Under the pieces are notes generated by a model. The model had not been told where the DNA came from. It made no database searches and was given only the letters and a program-made list of their open reading frames with translations. Position numbers and translations under genes: made by a program. Shown piece by piece: positions 10,101 to 19,482 of a DNA stretch of 64,000 bases. Source of the DNA: a virus; IMG/VR virus record IMGVR_UViG_3300036791_001436, positions 1-64,000 of that record; one strand, 5' to 3'. Every line of letters begins with the position of its first letter. Positions within the stretch are counted from its first letter, which is position 1.

Positions 10101-13100
10101 GGGTTCCAGACTGGAGCAGGGTTCACCCTGCCCCTTACCGAGTCGATGCGTTTACTGCAGGCCACTGAAACGGCAGGGCAACTCCCGATGCCGGTAGCAG
10201 GGACGCTCGGAGGACTGACCGCATCGCAAGGTGCGGTGACCGGCAACTGGAGCGCCCAGCTCCGGAAGAATAGCGCGAATGCCAACCAGGTCATCAATGA
10301 TGGCAACCTGGTGAAGTGGTGCAACGACTATACCCAGACCTCAGTGTGGGGCAACGGCGATGTCACCATCACTACCGCTGCGTTGGTCAATCCTATCACT
10401 GGGAGGCCCGATGCTCAAAAGGTCGTGCCAGATACCGTCAACACCTATCACTTCCTCAGTCAGCAGATTGCGGGCATACCGCAAGGAGCGACCACTACAC
10501 TGTCGGTCTACGCTAAGAACGCCAACTACAACTTCGCCTTCGTCCAACTCACCGATGGTACCATCTACGTTGGTGCCAACTTCGATCTGACCACCGGCGC
10601 AGTCACATATACCCAGGGCAGCGTCGCAGGGGCTACGCTGGTGTCGACTTCGGCTGTGGCAGTAGGGTCGGGCTGGTGGCTGCTGTCGGTCACGGTGATG
10701 TTCGCTGCGAGCTCGCCTAATATACAGATCTACGCTTTCCCGACAGGCGGTATCCCCTCCTACGCAGGCGATGGAACATCGGGTATCTACCTCTTCGGTG
10801 TGAAGGTTACCTGGGCTCCCGTATTGAACTCTGGTTCGGACTATACGAACCCAGCATGGATCCAGCAGGACGTTACGGTCACGCCAGCGGCCACATCGAA
10901 CCCGCTCACGGGAGCGAACGACGCTCAGAAGATCACCCCAGATACGGTCAATACTGGGCACCAGGTCCATCAGCCGATCTCGTTCGCTAGCGGCGTGGCT
11001 AATACGCTCACCGTCTATTGCAAGAATGCCGGGTACAACTTTGCCTTCATCTCGTTCAGTGACTTCGTCGCCAACGCGGCCGGTATCGTTGTTGACCTGA
11101 GCTCGGGCGAAATATTGAACATCCAGCAGGTCGGTAGTATGACGCTCGGGCTGTATTCGGCTGTGATGATGGCCAACGGCTGGTGGAAGATCACACTGAC
11201 GGGAACCGCTACCACCTCGCCAGTCCACGTGACGATCCATCCGTCCGCCACAGGAGGCACTGCACCGTTCGCAGGTGATGGAGTCTCTGGCATCTACGCC
11301 TATGGCGCGCAACTTACCCAAGCTGCCGCTGTTGCCCCACCGTTGACCTCGCTAGCCAAAGACACCTGCGTAATAGGCGACTTGATGTCGCTGTCATGGG
11401 GTGTTGCGAACGGCACTGGCACAGTGCAGCGCTTGCAGATGTCCCTGCTGGGAAGTGCATTGCACTCTGCCATCTATGGGAGTGCATATCCCAATACCAA
11501 TCCAGCCTCGTTCCCCGGCAACAACCACTTCTACATGCCCCTTTGGGGCTACATGATGGGAGCTGTCCTTTCGCAGCTGCCCTACGTCAATAATATGATT
11601 GGCGCAGCGGGGACATTGCAGAACCTGTCGATCAACCTGCCGATCAACAACATGACCGGCGCCAGCGCCTTCACGATCTACCAGAACGGGGCGGTTGCTA
11701 ACCTAGGACCGACTATCGGTGTGGGGCTCACTGGGATCTTCACAGACACCCGCCAGCTGCAGGTCAACCAAGGCGATATGGTCTGCACGCACCTGTTCGC
11801 TAGCGGTGGATCCTTCCTGCCAACTGGTCTCACTGTAGGGTTCGTCAATCCCAATGCGCCCGCCAACGACCTCAACGTTCACGTCTACGCCGGGCTGGTG
11901 GCTGGCACTACTACGTACTACCAGATCTACGGCGACTCGTTCAGTCTCGGCGGAGTCACTGAGGTGGTGGCGCAGACCGCCCACGGCTTCGGCGTTACGA
12001 TGTCTGGGATGCGGGTTGGTATCGCTACCAACACCACCACCTCGATCTCGACGGCGGCAATACGCGTCAATGGAGTAACAGGGAACTCTAAGGTCACCAT
12101 TGGCGTCGGCCTAACCGGCTGGTTCGTTGACAGTGTGAACCAAGACTTCTGTGGGTATACGGACAAGGTTGCCTATCAGGTAGTGGCGGGCGCAGGTTCA
12201 GGATCTCCCATTGTAGTTTCCTTCATTGGCGCCGTAGAGACTGCCCCTGCCAACCCGCCCAGTAGTGTGCTGATGGGCGCAAGCGGCAGTATTGGCATCG
12301 CTGCGACTACCGGCAACTTCTCTGGACTAGCGGGTTCAGGCTTCGTTGGGAGTGGCGTTACAGAATCGTTCATTGCATACCCAATGCCTGTAGCAGGCGC
12401 GTTCAGTGGCCTCTCGGTGCCCCCGAACGCAGGACAGACTGGTACCTGGACAGCCCAGTTCCGCAAGAACAGTGCGAATGGTGCCCAGGTGGTGACCAAT
12501 GCAGCCCTGAGTTCCCTCAATGTGGACCCTGTAGCGGCAGGCGATAAGGTAGACCTAGCTTGGGGTGCAGGTACATCAGGTTTGATCTGGGCCATTCAGT
12601 CAGTCTTCTCAGCGGCGTCTGATCACTGGGCGATCTACGCCTGCGGCCACCAAGCGGCCGGCGGGAACGTAAACGCTGGAGCTACCATCTACCCCAGGCT
12701 CTGCGGATCGCCTGGAGGCCAAACGACCGAAGCAAATGTGCAGTCTCAGATAGGGGCTCCGGGCACACTCTCAGGGTTAGTAGTCATAATTTCGTTGAAC
12801 GCTGCGACCGCCTCTTCAACTGCAGGGCTTCGTAAGAACGCTGCGAACGGCACACAGACAGTCACGATTGGAGCCGGCCTAACTGGACTCTTCCAAGATG
12901 TGACCCATACCGATGCGGTGGTGGTAGGCGACCTGATCAATGGGATCACCACTGCAGGTGCTGGCGGTACCATCAGCCTTATGGTAATAGGCGTAGCCTT
13001 CAAGAATACGGTCAACTTCCTTAGCGATCTCTTCGTGTCCGGGGTATCGTATACCGCGGCTGGATATGCTCGTATCTACGGGCAGAGTCTCGGCACCTTC

Positions 13101-15449
13101 ACTGAGGCGCAGGCGCAGGTCTCACATGGCTTCGCGACTAGGATGTCACGCTACTGGATCAACGTCACTACAAATACCTGCACGGCTCCATCGAACAGCA
13201 CGGTGCGTATCAACGGTGTGCAGGGGAATCAGGCTGTCACTGTTGGTGCAGGCCTGCTAGGCATCTTCACCGACGTGATCAATACCGACGCTGTAGGGCC
13301 CAACGATCTTGTCTGCTATGGCACCTTCCCTGGTGTTGGTGGTTCATTCCAGCCACTTACTATGGGCATCACTGAGAACGGGAATGTTACATACACCCCC
13401 AACATAGTGGCAAATGCTACGGCCGCGGTGGTGAGGGGCGCGAACACCATCTTGCGCTCGCCGGTATTGGCCAATGTGCCCACAGTGCAGAACCTGCGCC
13501 CCTTCAGGATTGTTCAGCAGCCGTTGATACCTACGCTTGCTCAGGCAGTGTCTCTGTACTTCCACGGCAGGCAGGTCTTCCATAACCGCATCATCGACAC
13601 CCCTGGGATCGGCATCATATACAAGAATGCCCTGAGGCCGATCAAGCCATTCGTTGCAGTGCAGTCGCCCTTGTCAAGGGGCACTGTGCGCATCCTCCTG
13701 ACTCTCAGCGGTGCAGTGAGCGAGTACTCTTCTACGGTGATTCGCGCCGCTGCCAATTACAGGGCGAATACCTTCCCGATAATGACTCAGAGGCTCGCCG
13801 CGACTATCATTCGGCACAATAACGAGCAGGTAGTTGCCCTGCTCAGGGAGAGCCTTGGACGTACCTTCCCGACGGTGATAGCCAATGTAGTGGCGCCGTA
13901 TGCGAATACGTTCGGTCGCGCGATGAAGACCGTGTCTACGGTAGTCGCCCTCTTCAACCGAGGGAGCCCACGGCTGTATCTGGTTGAGAGCACTCACGTA
14001 GTGGATCTGATCAACAAGGCAGCCGCTCGCCCAAGGATTATCAACGCTCAGACTATCCAGTGGGTTGCCTTTGCGCCTGCACGTGCATACCTGGCGCTGG
14101 TGGCGATAGTGTCGTTGCGCCCGAACAGAGTAGGTCGCGCTGCGCCTGCTGTCGTGAACACGCTCAATATCCACACCAAGGAGGCAGTCCGACTGATCCT
14201 CACCCAGGTGACGCAGATTGTATCATTGCGGAACGATGCGCTGCACCAAGCGGAGTATGTTGACGCCGCTACTACGCAACGGTTGCGCAACCGAGTTGCT
14301 CGTGCCGCTCCTGTAGTCGCGACGGTAGTGTCGTCGATCGTGGACTCGATAGTTCAGCTTGCAACAACTACTATCGCAACGGCAGTGAGCCTGTTGAGGA
14401 GGCGGGTACCTAACTTCCCGTTGGCTGAATCTGAACACGTAATGTCCTTCGACACGTACACGGTGAAGCGCCACGAGGCCACCAATGTGGTTACAGTGCA
14501 GTCGATCAGCTTCACCTTCGGTCGAGGGATGCTGGCAGTTACAGCAGTAGTGTCTCTGTTGGTGAAGGCGGTGCGGAACGCCGTGAAGCCGCTCGCCAAC
14601 GTCGTAGTCTTGTTCCAACACACAATCCCCACCTATCTCCTCGCGGCGAGCGAACATGTCGTGAGCATCGAGCATGATACGGTGAAAAGGCGTGAAGCTA
14701 CCAGCGTAGAGACCGAGCAGCTGTTCTCCCAACTGAAGGGACACACCTCCATTGGCGTGACACAGGGTGTGCCATCCTCCAGCAACAATGTAGGGAAGCC
14801 TTTGGCGGCAGTGGTAGTTTTCACTACTGAGTCGTTCCGTAAGGGTGCTACACATATCGTGCTCGCGGTGGCCAACACTATGGAACGAGTGGCATTCTCC
14901 ATTGCGCACCTTGAAGATCCTAACGCTGCCGTAGTCGCCATCGAGCGTGTAGCAGTGGTAGAGCGCCCCATCGATGTGGTGGCTACCGTCGTCTCCGCTG
15001 ATGTGAAGGCAATAGCCAAGCCTCTGGAAGCAATTGAGGTCCCGGTATCGCTGTTCACCAGGGTGACTCAGGTCCTGAGCTTCATCGCCGTCGCACCTGT
15101 AGTGACACTGCTAGGACGTGTAATCAACATCCGCAGAGTCATTATGGCTCCCGTCATAGCGTGGGTGCAGCTGGTTCGTCCCATGAGCGCTGTGGCTTTG
15201 GCAACCGTGTCGTCGCTGCTCGTGAGAGCTGTGACTCAACCTCGTACGGCTGTAATCACGGTCTCCTCAAAGCTGTTCATCCCGCTGTTGCGCTTCTTCC
15301 TAGCCGCTGCCAATGTTGTCGCCCATGGCGCCAACAATGCAGGCAAAGTGGCGCACGTCAACGCTATCGTCGTGCCAATGACCAAATACGTTGGTGGAAG
15401 GGTTAGAAGGCTCTTCCAATTCATGCGAGGGATATCACCTAGGAGCTAG
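7161..15449 (+). CDS. giant repeat fibre/adhesin (2762 aa)
   Basis: Four ~390-aa repeats, three inserted ~170-aa domains ending in (F/Y)AGDG(T/V)SG(A/I)Y (head-spike/lectin-like), and a ~680-aa Val/Ala/Thr-rich C-terminus. Confidence 0.75.
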   Translation: MGYSLVGTGGYGSGVTLTGSNFSAVTGGSITFSQQASEALVNTPLPLPGTLSGLRADQGPFTAPFVGTLRKNGANANQVVTDAVPLAGQAATSFLRGDTVDMSWGTATGTISRLQMVWVGQGAAHSALYGSGASSGSGNPFGPANNHFYQCLFGQQGGQTVSAGPAYAQVGAPGTLQGFAVCVASNINTSPVTVSVYQNGAVATQGVTVGAGITGAFQDTTNTTPVQYGDLICSHLYSSDGMNLASIVVGFVSNAGPQHDIFGNCNGAIGANAVTYAPIYGFYALYQNTIESAQQVVHGFRVNLTGLKAYAYNLNNATGPSTIRTRINGANGTLLVTVGAGLTGWFVDTAHTDFLGPTDKLCYQVTAGPGPAGNVLLTNVVGVTEIAPFPSQVSPTRGYSLFGNTGGAAAVGANTFSMLGGGNAAYKQAVEANAQVAMPVAGVLSNLSIQGPTSGTFTGRLRKNLANANQQVNDGNLFVPPVNDYTLSPWSQFNVTVTPAATTNPITGATDAQLVVPTTANNGHVVNQTISVNVAGNYTLSWYLKASGYTYNRILVQQSGFFAYATFNLSGAGSMFASGISASGGVTFVSGSIVSLGSGWYLCTLNVGNILTTSSIIVEAGPCDNTGNATFAGDGTSGAYEWGGRFVLTSSVPSTLTSNAFDNVALGDTIDLAWDANTSGQIQRTRLTLVGNPYHGAVWGSTPYNNATTAIPINNSAYHQFVGFNQAYPGLAQYLQRCQLKIGVAGLMQGLGLNAPVNAAASSVTLSLNLNGATAALGPTIGAGLTGAFIDTTRQVAVVPGDLVCGNTLAIPASFSVSSVWVGFVNPSAPSNDIWFGVTAGLVQTAGVYFPLVGGGQYGGITPESVAQTAHGFAVTMSGLRVYVDTSTSTAPASINTRKNGVNGNQIVTIGAGLTGWFQDTANTDSYAPTDLACYRSVVGSAGLSGVYYIGVTETAPLAPAPAIPARGWSLVGMTNYGVQGFQTGAGFTLPLTESMRLLQATETAGQLPMPVAGTLGGLTASQGAVTGNWSAQLRKNSANANQVINDGNLVKWCNDYTQTSVWGNGDVTITTAALVNPITGRPDAQKVVPDTVNTYHFLSQQIAGIPQGATTTLSVYAKNANYNFAFVQLTDGTIYVGANFDLTTGAVTYTQGSVAGATLVSTSAVAVGSGWWLLSVTVMFAASSPNIQIYAFPTGGIPSYAGDGTSGIYLFGVKVTWAPVLNSGSDYTNPAWIQQDVTVTPAATSNPLTGANDAQKITPDTVNTGHQVHQPISFASGVANTLTVYCKNAGYNFAFISFSDFVANAAGIVVDLSSGEILNIQQVGSMTLGLYSAVMMANGWWKITLTGTATTSPVHVTIHPSATGGTAPFAGDGVSGIYAYGAQLTQAAAVAPPLTSLAKDTCVIGDLMSLSWGVANGTGTVQRLQMSLLGSALHSAIYGSAYPNTNPASFPGNNHFYMPLWGYMMGAVLSQLPYVNNMIGAAGTLQNLSINLPINNMTGASAFTIYQNGAVANLGPTIGVGLTGIFTDTRQLQVNQGDMVCTHLFASGGSFLPTGLTVGFVNPNAPANDLNVHVYAGLVAGTTTYYQIYGDSFSLGGVTEVVAQTAHGFGVTMSGMRVGIATNTTTSISTAAIRVNGVTGNSKVTIGVGLTGWFVDSVNQDFCGYTDKVAYQVVAGAGSGSPIVVSFIGAVETAPANPPSSVLMGASGSIGIAATTGNFSGLAGSGFVGSGVTESFIAYPMPVAGAFSGLSVPPNAGQTGTWTAQFRKNSANGAQVVTNAALSSLNVDPVAAGDKVDLAWGAGTSGLIWAIQSVFSAASDHWAIYACGHQAAGGNVNAGATIYPRLCGSPGGQTTEANVQSQIGAPGTLSGLVVIISLNAATASSTAGLRKNAANGTQTVTIGAGLTGLFQDVTHTDAVVVGDLINGITTAGAGGTISLMVIGVAFKNTVNFLSDLFVSGVSYTAAGYARIYGQSLGTFTEAQAQVSHGFATRMSRYWINVTTNTCTAPSNSTVRINGVQGNQAVTVGAGLLGIFTDVINTDAVGPNDLVCYGTFPGVGGSFQPLTMGITENGNVTYTPNIVANATAAVVRGANTILRSPVLANVPTVQNLRPFRIVQQPLIPTLAQAVSLYFHGRQVFHNRIIDTPGIGIIYKNALRPIKPFVAVQSPLSRGTVRILLTLSGAVSEYSSTVIRAAANYRANTFPIMTQRLAATIIRHNNEQVVALLRESLGRTFPTVIANVVAPYANTFGRAMKTVSTVVALFNRGSPRLYLVESTHVVDLINKAAARPRIINAQTIQWVAFAPARAYLALVAIVSLRPNRVGRAAPAVVNTLNIHTKEAVRLILTQVTQIVSLRNDALHQAEYVDAATTQRLRNRVARAAPVVATVVSSIVDSIVQLATTTIATAVSLLRRRVPNFPLAESEHVMSFDTYTVKRHEATNVVTVQSISFTFGRGMLAVTAVVSLLVKAVRNAVKPLANVVVLFQHTIPTYLLAASEHVVSIEHDTVKRREATSVETEQLFSQLKGHTSIGVTQGVPSSSNNVGKPLAAVVVFTTESFRKGATHIVLAVANTMERVAFSIAHLEDPNAAVVAIERVAVVERPIDVVATVVSADVKAIAKPLEAIEVPVSLFTRVTQVLSFIAVAPVVTLLGRVINIRRVIMAPVIAWVQLVRPMSAVALATVSSLLVRAVTQPRTAVITVSSKLFIPLLRFFLAAANVVAHGANNAGKVAHVNAIVVPMTKYVGGRVRRLFQFMRGISPRS

Positions 15450-15451
15450 TC

Positions 15452-15616
15452 ATGGTTGACATCATCTTTGCCGTCCTCGTCGTGGTCGGCTTCATCTTCT
15501 GGTTCTTCGCCACCTTCCCGAACGCGCCCAATTGGTCGGAGCGTGTTGCCAGGGGCTTCTTCCTGGCTGCCTCGGTCGTCTTCGCCTACATGCTGCTCAC
15601 TACTCACACTCCGTAG
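15452..15616 (+). CDS. 54-aa two-TM membrane protein (holin-like), absent from the ORF track
   Basis: SD AGGAG. Translation: MVDIIFAVLVVVGFIFWFFATFPNAPNWSERVARGFFLAASVVFAYMLLTTHTP. Confidence 0.6.
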   Translation: MVDIIFAVLVVVGFIFWFFATFPNAPNWSERVARGFFLAASVVFAYMLLTTHTP

Positions 15617-15653
15617 GGGACCCAAAAACTTTGGTGGACCAACGTTTCTGGTA

Positions 15654-15682
15654 TTGATTGTGCCACCAACGTGCTATATAAT
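15654..15682 (+). promoter_or_regulatory. sigma70-type promoter of the head/tail operon
   Basis: TTGATT-N17-TATAAT (GCTATATAAT). Confidence 0.8.
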
Positions 15683-15708
15683 GATTAGATGATCCGCCGA
15701 GGAAGCTG

Positions 15709-17760
15709 ATGCAAACTCAACTCCGGGAGATCGCGGTCCAGATCGGTGGCCAGGGCTCTGGCATGGAGCTCCGCACCGAAAGCTTCGACGGCACTGAATA
15801 TCTGGTCGCTCCCCTGGTGATGCTGGTCGAAGGGGTCATCCAAGGCGCGAATAGCTCGCAGCCGGAGTTCTGCCCTGCTCTGGAGCTGGACAAGGCTCCA
15901 CAGGGCTGGAATGGTCGCCCTCTGGTGATGAACCACCCGCAGTTGAACGGGGAGTTTGTTAGTGCCAACATCCCCGAGGTGTTGGAAGAGTGGGCGTTCG
16001 GCCACATCTTCAACGCGTCCGTCTCCGCAGGGAAACTCAAGGGCGAGGCGTGGATCGATACTGGGCGCGCCTCCGAGCGGGGCGGTGACTTCCAGAATGC
16101 CGTCGATCGGATCAACTCCGGTGAGCTCGTCGAGGTATCGACTGGGCTCTTCACCCAGGTGATTCCCAGTAAGGGGAGGTACAACAACTCCCGCTATTCA
16201 GGTGTTTGGTCTGGTATCGTGCCCGACCACCTTGCCATCCTGTCCAAGGGTGTCACAGGTGCGTGCTCGATAGAGGACGGTTGTGGCATACCTCGCCTCA
16301 ACCAGATCGCAGCGTGGCATCAGAAAGCCCCTGGACCAGTTAACACCTCCGCCCTTCGAGTTCATGCTCAGCCCGTCGATCAAGCCGCCGCGATCAAGGA
16401 CAATTGCTCCTGCGAGGGCAATGGTGCCCAGCCTATCGCCGTTGGCACGACAGGCATCGCAGCCACTGCGGCAGCGGTTGCTGCTGCGGTTGCACGTGTC
16501 CTTTCTCCAGGCGTCATTGGTGGGCCGGCGTGGGATCCAGCACCGATCAACGGTGGCAAGGTTGGGGGCGGAGACGGTCCCACCCGCACCACTGAAATGG
16601 CCGGTGCTGGAATCTCCCCAACATCGGTACCACCCCCGGGCACTGGGACTGGTGCGACGATACCGACCTCCGTAGATGACGATGCGGATGCGAGCGAAGA
16701 CTATGAGATGGTCTACGGCGATGACGCCGAGGCGACCGCTCTACGCCCTCCTCGTCCCGCCGACACCTCCTTCACGTCGATGTCCAAGCGTGCGCTCGTC
16801 GCCTACGGCAAGCGTATGCGCGATCAGTTGGAGGCGGCCAAAGGCACGCCGACCCAGCTCAGGGGCAACGCCCTCGACTCCACCATCGTCTTCTCGGACG
16901 TCGCGCAGATCCTTGCTGCGGCGATCGACGACAACTACGACACGATTACCGGCTACATGTACGTTGCGGCTGTGACTACAGATGTGGTCGTGGTCTGCGC
17001 GTATGATGACAATTGGAACCCGGTCTGCTACCAGATCGGCTATTCCATGGACTCCAACGGCAACGTGACGTTCACCGGCGAGCCCGAGCCAGTCATCATG
17101 CTGACGAGGATCGTCGCCCAACCTGACTCGGGTGTCACTGCGAACCAAGGAAGTACTACCATGACCGACAAGAACACCCCCGCCGCGCCGGCTGTGGCTT
17201 CTGCTCCTGCCGCGACTCCGACTGCAGTCCCCGCCACACCGCCGGAGCCCACGGTTGCAGTGGCGCCCACAGTGCTGTCGGTCGACGAGTACATTGCTGC
17301 CGCGCCTCCGGGCATTCGGGAGATGATGTCCTCCTCGATGCGTCTCTTCCAACAGCGGAAGGATACCCTGATCGCCGCGATCAAGGCCAACGGCCGCAAC
17401 AAGTTCTCCGACGAACGCCTCGCTGCGTTCTCCGTCGAGGACTTGGAGGTGCTCGCCGACCTCGCCTTCGATCCGCCGCCGATCAATCCGCGGCCCCTCA
17501 CCGAGGGTCGTGGAGGGAACGGCAATCCTCCGAATCCGTCCGCCGCTCCCGCAGCCAACGCTGCCCCGCCCAACTACTCAGGGCGAGCGGCACCCACCGC
17601 CGATGGCCCAGTGGTGATGGAAGATCAGGGAGGGGCGCCGCCTCCGCCCAAGGTCTTCGAAGGACGTCCTGCCTCCCGCTTCCAAAAGGGAGCAGGACTG
17701 AGCGCAGGCGCTGGTCGCCGTCCGATCAATCCGGACGATGCCACCGCCTCAATGAACTGA
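15709..17760 (+). CDS. capsid maturation protease/scaffold (DUF2213-like)
   Basis: Motifs WNGRPLVMNHP, VEVSTG and PDHLAIL..GACSIEDGCG. Possible nested scaffold start at ATG 17161 (SD AAGGA). Confidence 0.8.
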   Translation: MQTQLREIAVQIGGQGSGMELRTESFDGTEYLVAPLVMLVEGVIQGANSSQPEFCPALELDKAPQGWNGRPLVMNHPQLNGEFVSANIPEVLEEWAFGHIFNASVSAGKLKGEAWIDTGRASERGGDFQNAVDRINSGELVEVSTGLFTQVIPSKGRYNNSRYSGVWSGIVPDHLAILSKGVTGACSIEDGCGIPRLNQIAAWHQKAPGPVNTSALRVHAQPVDQAAAIKDNCSCEGNGAQPIAVGTTGIAATAAAVAAAVARVLSPGVIGGPAWDPAPINGGKVGGGDGPTRTTEMAGAGISPTSVPPPGTGTGATIPTSVDDDADASEDYEMVYGDDAEATALRPPRPADTSFTSMSKRALVAYGKRMRDQLEAAKGTPTQLRGNALDSTIVFSDVAQILAAAIDDNYDTITGYMYVAAVTTDVVVVCAYDDNWNPVCYQIGYSMDSNGNVTFTGEPEPVIMLTRIVAQPDSGVTANQGSTTMTDKNTPAAPAVASAPAATPTAVPATPPEPTVAVAPTVLSVDEYIAAAPPGIREMMSSSMRLFQQRKDTLIAAIKANGRNKFSDERLAAFSVEDLEVLADLAFDPPPINPRPLTEGRGGNGNPPNPSAAPAANAAPPNYSGRAAPTADGPVVMEDQGGAPPPPKVFEGRPASRFQKGAGLSAGAGRRPINPDDATASMN

Positions 17761-17823
17761 TCCCGCGTGCGGGATTGCCCCTAGCGTAGTCCTTAGGTTT
17801 AGGGCTGCGAAGGAGATACAGAC

Positions 17824-18297
17824 ATGCTACGCACCGTTCCTATTGGCCTTCGCTCTGCCCAGATCAAGGAAGCGAACGTCCTGGACGCCGGCGGCATTTT
17901 GCCAGGCCACCTGATCGCATACGATGCCTTGGGCAACGTCACTCGCACAACTGTCGCAGGTACCGTGGCGACACGGGTCGCGATCGAGAACAACATCTTC
18001 GGCGGTGGCGGCGGCTGGACCTCTTCGCAGGTTCACGCGCCTCAGCAGGTGATCCCCGCCAATCCCTACTTGTCAGGGGACCAGTGCATCTTCGCCATGC
18101 TCGACATCGGCGCCGAGTTCCTCGCCCTGGTGGCGACGGGAGCTCCTGCGATCGCCGTGAACGATCCGCTCGAGTCCGCCGGCGATGGCACCGTCCGCAA
18201 GCAGCTGGTTGCAGGCCCCTATTCGCTCAGGGCGATGCAGGCTCTCACCAACACCTCAGGGGTTCCGCAGCAGCTGCGCGTCGAGGTGATCATCTAG
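17824..18297 (+). CDS. capsid decoration/cement protein
   Basis: Lies between the protease and the MCP. Motif IAVNDPLESAGDGTVRK. Confidence 0.7.
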   Translation: MLRTVPIGLRSAQIKEANVLDAGGILPGHLIAYDALGNVTRTTVAGTVATRVAIENNIFGGGGGWTSSQVHAPQQVIPANPYLSGDQCIFAMLDIGAEFLALVATGAPAIAVNDPLESAGDGTVRKQLVAGPYSLRAMQALTNTSGVPQQLRVEVII

Positions 18298-18346
18298 GCC
18301 GCGCCGTCGTCACTTACTCGCACGCGGCACAACGAGGAGGCACTAC

Positions 18347-19375
18347 ATGTATGGGATCAACGGACTAGCTGCCTCCGCCGGAGTCAGTGTCGATATCGCC
18401 AGGATGAGGACCGATGGCTCTGTCGGTGCCTCTGGTTCGGTCGCGCAGCGCCTCCTCCAATCTGGGATGAACGTCCAGGCGCTGCGCACGAACGGCACCC
18501 TCAGGTACGACGAGTGGAAGTTGTACGACAAGGTAGTCGTCGACGTCGCTCAGGAACGTCTGGTGGTTACCCAGGAACTGCTGTCAAGGGGATTGTCCTA
18601 CCCAATCCCCAACGCCCTAGGCGTCATGCAGATCCAATGGGAGACCATCAACGACCTCGAGCCGGCCGAGATGACGATGTCAGGGCTGAGCGAGGCGTCG
18701 AAGGACGAGATCAACTACGCCCTGAACTTCATGCCCGTCCCGATCATCCACAAGGAGTTCCAGCTGAACCTGCGTCAACTGGAAGCTGCTCGGAACCACG
18801 GCAACCCGCTCGACACGACCCAGGCAGAACTCGCCACCCGCAAGGTCGCGCAGTTCATCGAGGCGCTCATCTTCACCGGCGCCACGGTCTCGACGAACAA
18901 CGGCAACATCTACGGCTTGATGAACCACCCCAACCGCAACGTGGGTTCCGCGTCGGCGCCTTGGGGCGTGTACACCGCGACCCTCGGTGGTACGGTCACC
19001 GCCGACATTTCCGCGATGGAAGCCGCGCTCGTCGCGAAGCACATGTTCGGGCCGTACTTGCTCTTCATCCCCTACGCGACCTACATCGCCTGGGGACAAG
19101 ACTACAAGACCTACGCCGACACGACGATCCTCCAGCGCGTCCTCGAGATGCCTGGGATCGAAGGTGTCATCCCGACGCAGAAGTTCACCGGCAACGGCGG
19201 ACTCATGGTGCAGACCACCTCGGACGTCATCCAGATGGTCGACGGCATGCAGCCCACCCTCGTCGAGTGGGATACGCGCGGCGGCTTCGAACTGAACTAC
19301 CGGGTCATGGCGATCATGCTGCCCCGGGTCCGCGCAGACCAATATCTGCAGTCGGGCATCGCTCACTGGTCGTAA
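18347..19375 (+). CDS. major capsid protein (HK97 fold, Linocin_M18-like phage clade)
   Basis: Motifs TLRYDEWKLYDKVVV, PVPIIHKEFQLNLRQL and IYGLMNHPNR. Strong SD and strong codon bias. Confidence 0.88.
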   Translation: MYGINGLAASAGVSVDIARMRTDGSVGASGSVAQRLLQSGMNVQALRTNGTLRYDEWKLYDKVVVDVAQERLVVTQELLSRGLSYPIPNALGVMQIQWETINDLEPAEMTMSGLSEASKDEINYALNFMPVPIIHKEFQLNLRQLEAARNHGNPLDTTQAELATRKVAQFIEALIFTGATVSTNNGNIYGLMNHPNRNVGSASAPWGVYTATLGGTVTADISAMEAALVAKHMFGPYLLFIPYATYIAWGQDYKTYADTTILQRVLEMPGIEGVIPTQKFTGNGGLMVQTTSDVIQMVDGMQPTLVEWDTRGGFELNYRVMAIMLPRVRADQYLQSGIAHWS

Positions 19376-19482
19376 CGTTCGCCTACCGCTCGGCGCGCTA
19401 CGATAGCATGATCAGGGCCACCTAGCGAGCGGAGGGCAGCTGGGTGGCTCAGAGTTTAGATAGCCCTCCTGGAGGCCAGAGG

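Noticed and set aside
7161-15449. Diversity-generating retroelement or invertible fibre system
   Set aside because: No reverse transcriptase or invertase. The repeats are diverged at all positions, not adenine-specifically.
18347-19375. Encapsulin/Linocin bacteriocin nanocompartment
   Set aside because: Embedded in a complete head-tail operon, so it is the phage major capsid protein.
18514-19425. Long alternative-frame and antisense ORFs (also 10341-11321, 21980-22759, 24285-25121, 37511-38251, 44578-45333, 57113-57913)
   Set aside because: Shadow ORFs from GC-rich codon bias over well-supported genes.
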